Shown: piece after piece, positions 53,590 to 64,000 of the stretch
Numbering within the stretch: the first letter of the stretch is position 1
Layout of the letters: every line of letters starts with the position of its first letter
Assembly: GCA_951406725.2 (NCBI GenBank)
Contig: OX597818.1
Span: 85,622,001 to 85,686,000 of the forward strand
Direction: 5' to 3'
Origin: Octopus vulgaris
Lineage: Eukaryota
DNA: 64,000 nt
Notes under the pieces: model-generated
Told to the model about the DNA's origin: nothing
Database searches by the model: none
Seen by the model: only the letters and a program-made list of their open reading frames with translations
Position numbers and translations under genes: made by a program

Positions 53590-54440
53590 ATTCGGCTGGC
53601 AGAATCATTATCATGCTGGAAAAATTACTTAGTGGCATTTCTTCCAACTTAATGTGAGTTCAAATGCTGCTACTGCTTGGGTCGACTTTGCCTTTCATCT
53701 TTTCAGGGTCATTAGAATAATTACCAATTGAACACTGGGATCAATGTAATCGACTTATTCTCTCTGCCAAACTTCCAGGCCCTTGTACCAAAATTTGAAA
53801 CCATTATTATTATTATTCTTTTCTATTCTAGGCAGAAGGCCCAAAATTTTTTTTTTTTTTTTTGGAGGGGGTGGGCAATCGATTAGATTAACACCAGTAC
53901 ACAACTGGTGCTTAATTTATCGACCCCGAAAGGATGACAAGCAAGGGAAACCTCATCAGAACTTGAACTTGGAACATAAAGACAGATGAAATACTGCTAA
54001 GCATTTCACCCAGTATGCTAACATTTCTGCCAGCTCGCCACCTTAAAACCACTGTTATTATTAAGATGCTTCATGGCATTTGGTCTGTTCTTACATTCTC
54101 AGTTCAAATTCCCCCCGAGGTTGACTTTGCATTTCATTCTTTCAGGGTTGATGAAATAAGTACCAGTTGAGCACTGGAGTCAATGTAATCAACTAGCCCC
54201 TTCTCCTAAAGTTTCAGGCCTTTTTCCTATAGTAGAAAGGACTATTACTATTGTTGTTGTTGTTGTTGTTATTTGTTAGGGCAATGGACAAATGGGATCA
54301 TTAGCACATCAGACAAAACGCTTATCAGCATTTCTTCTGGTTTTTTATGGTCGGAGATCACATTCTGGCAAGTTCAACTTTGCTCTTCATCCTCTCAAGG
54401 TCTATAAAATAAATACCAGTGGATCACTTGTGAGATCAAT
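53590..54440. mobile_element. SINE family B cluster in mixed orientation (+,-,+,+)
   Basis: + 53590-53815; - 53816-54045; + 54070-54250; + 54280-54440. Confidence 0.75.
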
Positions 54441-55204
54441 CATCATCATCATTGTTTAATTTCTAGTCTCCATGCTGGATGGGTTGGATAGTTTGACATG
54501 GGGATAGCTAGCAGGCAGCTGTCCAGACTATGTCCATTGTGACATGGTTTCTATGGCTGGATGCCCTTCCTAATGCCAATGATCAATGTAATCATCAAAT
54601 CATTATGATCCAACACCAGTTGGCAAGTGGCAGGGAAGTACAAACACAGATACAAATCCTCACACAGACATGCATGCATATGTGATAGGCTTCCACATAG
54701 TTTTCATCTACCAAGTCCACTCACAGAGCATTGGGACTGAACCCCAAACCACATGGTTACAAAGTGACCTTCTTAACTACATAGCCAGCTCTGTGCCAAT
54801 TTATGCTTACAATTGTGATTGATTTCACAGTTTATAGTTTTTTCCCTAATTACTCAATTTACATTTATATTTTTATGCACTGAGTCGAAGACTTATTTTG
54901 TAGAGTTCAGTTTATTCACCCACTGTACTGATTGTTGTTTAATTAAAACAATTAATTAGTTATTAGGAAACTGACTTTTTTTTATATTTTCAAAAGCTGA
55001 TATTACTTTTGTAGATAGTATTAAAATCAATCAAACATTTCACTAAGGGTGTTGCAGGGCTTAGAAGAAGCTTCAAAAGTAGCTAATATTTCCTATTGTA
55101 CAATTACTTGTATGTCACAGAGTAGGACTGCAAAACAGATTCTTCAAGCTGAGTCAACCAGCAAGAGACCTAGGTGCAGACCATAAGCTAGATGGTTGAA
55201 TGAC

Positions 55205-55550
55205 ATTTTCTACTACAGGCCTGAGATTTTAGTGTAGTTGATAACACTAACCCCAGTTTTCAACTGGTACATTATTTTATCAACCCTGAAAGGATGAAAT
55301 GCTGAGTTGACATTGGCAGAATTTAAACTTGGAACATAAAGCCAAAAGAAATGCAACTAAAAATTCTACCAACATGCCGCCTTAATAATTATAGTAGTAA
55401 ATTTTTCTGCTGTAGGCTCAAGGAGTGAAATTTGGGGGGGAAGGTGTTAGTTAATTACACCAATCCCAAAGAATCCCTGGTACTTATTTTATCAATTCTG
55501 AAGGGATAAAAAGCAAAGTTGACTTTGACAGAATATAAACTCTGGGCGAA
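55205..55550 (-). mobile_element. Two SINE family B copies
   Basis: Reverse family B motifs. Confidence 0.7.
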
Positions 55551-55572
55551 AAGCAAGAAAAAAACCCCACTA

Positions 55573-55950
55573 GGCATGGCTTTGTAGTAAGAAGCTTGCT
55601 TCCCAGCCACATGGTTCCAGGTTCAGTCCCACTATGTAGCACCTTGGGCAAGTGTCTTGTGTCTTCTAATGTAGCTTCAGGCTGACCAAAGCCTTGTGAA
55701 TGGGTTTGGTAGATGGAAACTGAAAGCAGCCCGTCATATATGTGTGTGTGTGTTTGTCCCCACACTATCACCTGACAACCGGTGTTGGCGTGTTTATATC
55801 CCTGTGGCTTAGTAGTTCATCAAAAGAGACCAATAGAATAAATACTATGCTTACAAAGAATAAGTCCTGGGGTCAATTTCTTCAACTAAAACCCCTTAAG
55901 GCAGTGTTCCAGCATGGCCACAGTCAAATGACTGAAACAAATCAAAGAAA
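55573..55950 (+). mobile_element. SINE family A
   Basis: Full match. Confidence 0.85.
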
Positions 55951-56000
55951 TAAAGAGTTTGGTCCCCTATGCTAACAATTCTACCATTTTGCCAACTTAA

Positions 56001-56185
56001 CTCTTTAGTATTCAGATTCCTTTGTCCAATTTATTGCTTATTTTTTCACAGCTTTCAATTTATCAGACGTTCTCTTGTAGCTTCAATATTGTGATGATGT
56101 GATTGTATATTTTTATTTAGACTGACATTGTAGGGTAAGTGTGGGAGGTTGGATCTGGTCAGTTTAAACACATAAAGGATTAAGA
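56001..56185 (+). mobile_element. P1 MITE, 3'-truncated copy
   Basis: ttaa|ctctttagtattcagatt... homologous to 49484-49670. Confidence 0.6.
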
Positions 56186-57149
56186 TGGTTGTGTAATATC
56201 CATAATTGCAGTTGGTCACACTTGGTAATCGAGCAAGAAAGTGTAATGAGAGTTGTTTCAGATAGGACCCTTTGGAGATGTTTGAAGAGTCTACCCTCTT
56301 GATTCTACCATGAATAGTAGGCAGCAAAATGGATGAATTGACTTGTATAGGTGTTAATTGAATTTCCTGAGAGGTCACTCAAGATACCTGAGACCAGCTA
56401 CTAACTGGGCTTATTACAAAGTTACTTTATTTGCTTGTAATCTGCTATTTGTTCAATAATTAGTAAATTGAGTGACTTCCCATTAATTTCGGTATCACCG
56501 AAGTTATCCAAGAGTAGGGACTTCTTCATTAATTGAAGAATGCTAAGTTAATTGAGCGACACATCATCGGTTGAGCTGTTACTCATCTTGCTTCAGATAA
56601 TATCTAAGACTTGCATTGTTCATTGAGAAAATAATATGAAGTGAATGAGCTGTATGGTATTTAACCATGTCACATTTAATTCCAGTGAGTGAGGTGTTAG
56701 TAATTAATAAAGGGTATCAGTATTTTAATTAATAAATGGAATGTTTGCGTTATTAAAAGTATAATCCTTTAAGTCATTAGTGAGGGCGATTTGAGATCCT
56801 TATCATCATCACAAACTATATATCTATCACTCACTAAATTAAAAATGAATTGTAAATTGATCTTCTGTGGCTTGTTATTCATTAGTAAATTAGGTGAGTT
56901 AGAGATTATTAATTAATTGATTGATTAGGTAATTAAAATTGAGTGTCACTTTATTATTAAACGACATCCTAGGCTGGTTAGTTGAGTGGAACAATATTAC
57001 AGTAACATACTTACAGTAGGCCAATGCATTTTTCGTTTATTTGGGCCACCATGAGTTTAGTGTGACACTGCTTTATATCAGTCATCACTTTCAGACTGCA
57101 ATTAGAACCAGAGCAGTGATGAAATAAGGCAGATAACCACACACACACA

Positions 57150-57779
57150 CACATGTGGTTAAGAAGCTTGCTTCCTGACCACATAATCTCAAGCTCTGAC
57201 CCACTGCATGTTATCTTAGGCAAGTGTCTTCTATAGCTTCAGGCTGTCCAAAGCCTTGTGAGTGAATTTGGTAGGTGGAAACTGTAAGAAGCCTCTCTGT
57301 ATACATCTGTATGTGTGCATATGTGTGTGTGAATATAATCCACTAAAACATAATGGTATTGTCCCAGCATGCCCCATAGTCCAATGACTATAACCAGTAA
57401 AGGAAGAATAAAAGGTACATATGTATACACCACATTTGTACAAATATATCTTGCATGAAAGAAAAAAAATCACAAAAATACAGAGATGAAGAAAAATTAT
57501 ATAAGGAAAGATTATATATCTTAGATGCACAATTGTGGCTGAGTACAACATGGTTTGAGGCGCAACTCACTGTGTGACACCTTGGATAAGTGTCTTCTGC
57601 TGTAGCTCTGGGCTAACCAATGTCGTGTGAGTGAATTTGGTAAACAGAAACTGTGTGGAAGCCTGTCTATCTATCTGTCTGATTAATTATCTAGATAGAT
57701 AGATTATAGATTGATAGTTAGAGAGAGAGAGAGAGAGAGATTATAGATAAATAGATAGATTATAGATAGATAGATAGAT

Positions 57780-57813
<34 letters not shown>

Positions 57814-57985
57814 GAGATGGATTGTTAGATAGATAGATTGATAGATGGATGTTTGTGTGTGTGTGTGTGTGTTTTATGTCTGTTCTCCTTTAAGTACTGA
57901 GGTCAATTTGTTAATCTAAAACCTATCAAACCAGCACTCCAGTATGGCCACAGTCCATTGACTGAAACAAGTAAAAGGGAAAAAG
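57150..57985 (+). mobile_element. Two SINE family A copies, the second with an expanded (GATA)n interior
   Basis: Heads at ~57155 and ~57535, tail ~57890-57985. Confidence 0.7.
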
Positions 57986-59149
57986 AGGGAAAAGACAGAA
58001 TAAAATGACAGAGTGAGAGAAGGAAAGAAAGACAGAAAGAATACAAATAAGGAAGAAAAACAAACAGAATGTAATTTTCTCTTGGAATGTTCTGTGGGAT
58101 TTATTGAATGGTTAGTGTGAATCTTTTTGGGGGGTTTTTCTTTTATTGGAGATGGTGATAGTAGTACTTTGAGCCAATGGTGTTAGTTGTACTTAGAGCG
58201 CACTTGATTAAGGTTTTTGCAGTAATGAGATGCATGAGAAAGAGCTATCCATCTGGAAGGATTTTGCTATATGTTGGCAGTATGGTTGGCTGGGATTAAG
58301 GGGTACCTTTTTTTAAACTTTTTTCGTTTTTTGGTTTTTAAATGAATGATGGATATTGTGGTAAAGTTTGAAGAGTTAGAATAAACTGGTATGCATTGAA
58401 TATATATTTGTGTGTGTGTGTATATATGTGTGTACAGTTGTATGTATTTGTGTAATTACACTTTATATAAATGTTTGTGTGTGAGTATATTACATTTGTA
58501 TGTATGCGTTTGTGCATACATCTATGAGTGTATATATACATCTGTGAATATGTAAATGCATGCACACACACATTCACACACACACGCACACACATTCACT
58601 CACACACATATATGAGAAAGAGAGAGTGAAATAGGAAGATAGATTAATACAGCTTTCAGGATTTCATTTTCTCCTTGGCTTACTTGACTTGTGGTCTTCA
58701 TTTAATCTATTTAAATTTTTTTTTGTAATCCATTAGAACACTCTCTGGTGACAGTTTTCTCCAGTTGTTATATTCCTTACCATTCCTACTACCACTATAA
58801 CTATTACTTACAATTCTCATGGCATCTACATTTGATAAATGGTGTTGAAAAATCCAGCTGGATTATTCTTATAGTCCTTTGTTCATTTATAATTTAGACA
58901 ACTTGGTTTTGTTGTGTTAAGTAAGATAGTATCTTATTATTTATTCTTAGGTAGACTGTTGATAGCAAAAGATATCTCGCACATAGGACAAAATGTTTTG
59001 TCCCTTCAAATTATCAACATCTCTCTTCAAATTACCAACTCCTTTCTTCAAATGTATGTCATGTGCCCGCTCATAGATCACAATTTCAAATCTGCTGTGG
59101 TTATTTCACAGTTTTCTGACCAGAATATTTTATCATATATTAACTATAG

Positions 59150-59455
59150 GTCTAGGTGTGGATGTTCCCAAGCAATCAGTTCTGGGTTCAATCTTGCTGC
59201 ATGGCAACTTGGGTAAATGTTTTCTACTATTGTCCTGAGTTGACTAATGCCTTGTGAGTGAATCTGGTATTTAGAAACCAAAGAAGTCATATGATATAGG
59301 GTGTGGCTGTGGCTGTGTGATAAGAAGCTTGCTTCCCAACTTGATGGTTCCGTCCCACTGTGTAGCACCTTGAGCAAGTGTCTTTTACTATAGCTTTGGG
59401 CCAACCAAAGCCTTGTGAGTGGATTTAGTAAACAGAAACTGAAAGAAGCCTGTCG

Positions 59456-59487
<32 letters not shown>

Positions 59488-59740
59488 TATGTATGTGTGT
59501 CTGTGTATATGTATATATTTATGTGTGTGTCTGTCTGTCTGTTTGTCCCCCCAATATCACTTGACAACTGATGATGGTATGTTTATATCCCCATAACTTA
59601 GCAGTGCAGCAAAAGGGACCAATAGTATAAGTACTAGGCTTACAAAGAATAAGTCCTGGGGTTGCTTTCTTCGACTAAAACTCTTTAAGGTGGTGCTCCA
59701 GCATGGCCATGATCAAAATGACTGAAACAAGTAAAAAGAA
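59150..59740 (+). mobile_element. SINE family A: head fragment followed by a full copy
   Basis: Head fragment 59150-59290, full copy 59300-59740. Confidence 0.85.
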
Positions 59741-59770
59741 TACATATATTACTCTTATACAAGAATGTTG

Positions 59771-59812
59771 TCAATGACTTCAAAATTTCAGCCAGCTAAG
59801 CTGACATCAGGT
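59771..59812 (-). ncRNA. Degenerate hammerhead motif (left arm of palindromic element)
   Basis: Minus strand: CUGAUGU-CAGC(UUAGCUG)GCU-GAAAUUUUGAAGUC-AUUG; inverted copy of the motif at 59811-59855. Confidence 0.5.
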
Positions 59813-59855
59813 AGTCTGACAATGGCTTAGCTGACCATAACTTTGAAGTCACTGT
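59811..59855 (+). ncRNA. Degenerate hammerhead motif (right arm of palindromic element)
   Basis: GUAGU-CUGACAA-UGGC(UUAGCU)GACC-AUAAC-UUUGAA-GUC-ACUGU. Core mutated (CUGACAA, AUAAC); stem I AGU/ACU and the GUC triplet are retained. Confidence 0.55.
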
Positions 59856-59966
59856 CAACAACATTCTTGTAAAAGAATGATAAATTTGTACTCTACAAAA
59901 GTATAGGGTAACCCATCAGATTAATATTAAATTGTTTTTAATATAACCAAACATAAAAATAATCAC

Positions 59967-60023
<57 letters not shown>

Positions 60024-62685
60024 AATATGTATACATTCATGTGCAGCTCTGAGTTGATGTCTCCTTGTCTCAACATCATGTGACTGTTGGGAGCGTCACC
60101 ATCATGCAACCTGTGCTGTTCATTTCCAAACTTCCATCAAAACATGTCCAGTCAATGGCAAAATGTTACTTTACTTAGAAACAGGTGAAAATTATTAGAA
60201 AATTTACCTCATCAAATTCCACCTGACCATACATGCAAGCAAGGGGAAAAATGGACTGACGTTAAAACAAACAACGAATGAACTATATCTTACCTCATTG
60301 TAAGGAATATGATGTGATTATCATGTGATCTGTGAATGTCACAGAGCTGTAAATTATCCCAGAAGAGTTTAATCTTCCATCATCAGTTTTACACAGGAAA
60401 CTAAATTGACACTTTAAAAAGTATCAGGAAGTTTTAGGAGATATCTTTTTTATCAAGAGTAGGTAGCAACTGTAGAGGATAAATATGAGATTACCTGGGA
60501 GAAGTTGGCTTCTGATAAGATGACATCTTGGCTAGAAGAAGCATCAGATGCACACACATTTATGTACATATGTATGTGTGTATTCCTCTTTGTGCTGTTC
60601 TCCATCATTAATATCTTGTTTATCTGCTATTGTTCAATGCCCAGTCATCCACTGCAACCTCCACCCCCTAAGCTTCTATATTTCTCTCCACCATTTACTA
60701 GTCACCTCATTCTGCCCACTCACCCAACCTAAACCTCAATATCACCTCACCTATTCCCACTACCCGGACGTCCCTCAAGGGCATGTTCCAGCACATCTTC
60801 ACCACCATCTCTCTTACCATTGTCCTTTTTATCTTACTCTCTAACTCATTCTCCTTTCTCTTCCGACTGGGGTCTCCATGTATCTACTCTTCAACAAGTC
60901 ACCTATCTCCATCGCTAAATCGTTAATCGCTTAATCAAGTGGCACCAAGCCACCTCACTCAATATTACTCCCTCCTTGCAGTTGAGAAGTTTTTATCTTA
61001 CAAGTTACATGGTGACCCTGTTGGTGTTAGTGTCACATAAAAAGGCTCCAGTATACTGAGAAGCGGCATTAGGAAGGACATCCAGCAAAGGAAACCATGC
61101 CACAACAAACAATGGGGCTTGGTGTGACTCCCAGCCTTGCCAGCTCCTATCGAACTGTCCAACTCATGCCAGCACAGAAAATAGACATTAGGTGATGTTG
61201 ACAATGATGATGATATACATATGTATGTATATGACAGCTTCTTTAAGTGTCCTACCAAATTCACTCACAAGACTTCTGAATGGATTTGGAAGATGGAAAC
61301 AGAAAAAAGCCTGTCATGTGTGTATATGTGTGTGTACAGATATACAGATATGTGTGTGTGTGTCTGTGTGGTTAAGTTCACTTTCTGATCATGTTTTTAC
61401 AGGTTCAGTCCCACTGTTGGTTGGCTTAGGGATATAGTAGAAAACACTTGTCCAAGGTCTCACTCAATGGGATTTAACCTAAAATTATATGGCTATGAAA
61501 TGAACCTCTCAATTACACAGCCATAACTTCAACTGTGTGCTTGTGTGTGTGTGTGTGTTTGTATGTTTGTGTGTATGTAAAATGAATCTGGTATAAATTA
61601 TGATGGGTTTTCTATTGCTGTGGCCCATTTCTAATGTCCTTTAGGGTAAATATTTTCTTTCTCTTATTACATCTTGAATATTCATGTCTGTATAAACACA
61701 CACACACACTTACTTACAAATTGTTATGATATAAAGATATACCTAAACACAGTTTTCAAGTGATAAGTAGGATGTGAGACTATCTTAGAGAGTGTTCATT
61801 AAATTCAAGCACATTCATGAATACACGCATACACATTTAAATATATATGCACGTTTACACATCTGCACATTCAAATACACATACACACATTTACGTGCAC
61901 ATATGTACGTTTTGCATGCATACACACATACACAAACACACATTAACACATTTACAAACCTACTCATTCAAATACACATATAGACATAAACACACATTTA
62001 CACACCTACATATTTGCATGGACACAAACACACACACACACACACATATACATACATAAACACACATTAACACATTTATGCATGCATTTAAAACACAAGA
62101 ACACACATGTACTTATACACCTACACATTTGTAGACACACATACACACATTTACCTGCCTGCACATTTAAACACACACACACACACATACATGCATGCAT
62201 ACATACAATGATTTACATTTACAGCTGTGTTATCCACACTATGTCAAATCTCTCTACAATTTATATATTTACGCAGATCATTGGAGTATTATTGTTTTGG
62301 CGGGTTTTTGTGTGTTTTTTGTGTATTTATTTGTTTCCTCCTTTTCGAATTGTTTTTTTATCTTTGTTTTTCTTTTTTCTTTTCCTTTTACACGTGGGTG
62401 CATTTATTTTTACTGCCAAAACTGCTCATCCGTAAAGTGAGAATGGCAGTTATTTCACAGCTAAGATTACTGAGCTAAACTAAGTAATGCACCTTGCCTT
62501 AGGGGGTTAAAGCACACATAGATACCTGTGTATGTATGTATGCATGGGTGTGTGTGTGTGTGTACACACATACATACTTGTGCATATAGATATATATGTA
62601 TGTGTGTATGGATCCGCCTGCGTAATCAGTAGCTATAACAAAACTCTTGAAGTAATGATCCATTGTCTTTGTGTTGCTTTGGAAT

Positions 62686-62742
62686 TAACCAATCATAACA
62701 CTCTGCTATGATTGGTTACTTTTCACCAAACTAACCAATCAG
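62686..62742. promoter_or_regulatory. Cluster of three CCAAT (NF-Y-like) motifs, two forming a 12-bp inverted repeat
   Basis: taaccaatcata-acactctgc-tatgattggtta ... taaccaatcag. Confidence 0.35.
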
Positions 62743-63469
62743 CTTCTTGAAAACTGCTAGTATCAATTATAGTGAAATTGCAGATTTCTCTGTAGGGATT
62801 TTTTTTTTATACTTCTTCAGTTTTCTTCTTTTTCTCCCTTTTTCTTTTAGAACTTCTTATTCATCTTCATATATATATATATATATATTCTATCTTTGTG
62901 TCTTTTATTCAATCTAACTTCTGTCATTCTATCTAACCTTGTCTTTCTATCTTATCTTCTGCTCATCTTTCTAATTGTCCATCTGTTTATCTTCTTCAGT
63001 TAGGTCTGCATGCAACCCATGCTAGCGTGAAACAATGGACATCAAATGAAGTTTATGATGATGCCTATAATGATGGTGTGCATTTACTGATGAACACACA
63101 GCCATATATGCACCTATGATACTTAATCTTATTCTTGGTAAATAGGTATAGGTATGGTTAAAAAGGTCGCTTTGCAATCATGTGGTTTTGGGCTCAGTCC
63201 CACTGCACAGCATCCTGGCCAAGTGTCATCTACTATAGTCTCATGCCAACTAATAATTTGTGAGTGAATTTGGTTGACAGAAAGTGGGTGGAAACATACT
63301 GTATTCCTTCATGTGTTTTATTCCAAAGGATGTGGCCATGCTGAGGCACCACTAATATCGTCATCTTTTCAATGGCCATTCCTATGTGGTTAGCTTTTGG
63401 CAAATGAGGGAGTTTGATTTTGCTGCCCTTGTTTGAGTTTCTTGGCTTGGTGTACATTCATATATCTTA

Positions 63470-63655
63470 AACAAACCATATCTAAATATTCTACCTGTTT
63501 TATGTTCAAGCAAACCAGATTTGGCCTCTCATACCTAACCTACAATCACATCATAGAAATCTTGAAGTTACAAGATCAGTTCATGCATGATTAATTCAAA
63601 ACAATACACAAAAAATTAGCATTACATTTGATTGTAATATGAGTGTTAATAGTTT
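63470..63655 (-). mobile_element. P1 MITE, decayed reverse copy
   Basis: Reverse complement of P1 internal motifs (ttatgttcaa, ctacaat, ttaattcaaaacaa, agcattacatttga). Confidence 0.55.
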
Positions 63656-64000
63656 AGATTTGAACTTGTTGGTAGAAATAGTCTCAGGTAGATTGCTAAA
63701 AAAAAATAGTGAAGTCTTTACTTATTCTGCTACAGAATTGTTTTAGAGTACTTCTTACCCTTACTTCTGGACTATTACTCTGAGCCACTGTCAAGATTAT
63801 ACTCTTTCTTATTTCTGTAATTTTTAATGTCTCATTAAAGTGAGATTTTGGTATTGTTGTTCTCATTAAGCGTAAATGGTAAAAGTCAATGTTTATAATG
63901 AGGAAGGTAACAATAGACATTAAAATGGCATTTATTATCAATTCAGCAAATAATAGCCATGTGTGGATGTTTGTCTGTGGATGTGTGTATGCACATGTGT

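Larger units (their letters stand above)
59752..59970. mobile_element. Hammerhead-bearing non-autonomous repeat (putative Penelope-derived/retrozyme-like), palindromic 5' part, followed by (TA)n
   Basis: Inverted repeat 59752-59810 vs 59816-59876; the sequence from 59830 to ~59965 is homologous to 38180-38330. Confidence 0.6.

Noticed and set aside
56055-56378. 107-aa ORF on the - strand
   Set aside because: Runs into a P1 MITE; no recognisable motif.

Overview
AT-rich eukaryotic genomic DNA saturated with microsatellites ((TA)n, (CA)n, (GA)n, (GATA)n, (CAT)n, (TAA)n) and tRNA-derived SINEs. The repeat landscape resembles an octopus/coleoid cephalopod genome (inference from memory of repeat families, not a database hit). 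The only credible protein-coding sequence is one 91-bp + strand exon (26824-26914) of a plexin, so the window appears to be two very large introns of a plexin gene. Essentially all ORFs in the supplied track are simple-repeat or SINE artefacts. The most notable hidden signal is a set of minimal type-I hammerhead-ribozyme motifs of the Penelope-like-element/retrozyme kind: one nearly intact copy (33022-33069, - strand), several decayed copies, and a back-to-back inverted pair forming a palindromic element (59752-59876). Also present: a ~240-nt fold-back built partly of microsatellites (53133-53373), nested TTAA-targeting, hAT-like and Tc2/pogo-like MITEs, and tandem SINE clusters. Repeat boundaries were read by eye and are approximate.
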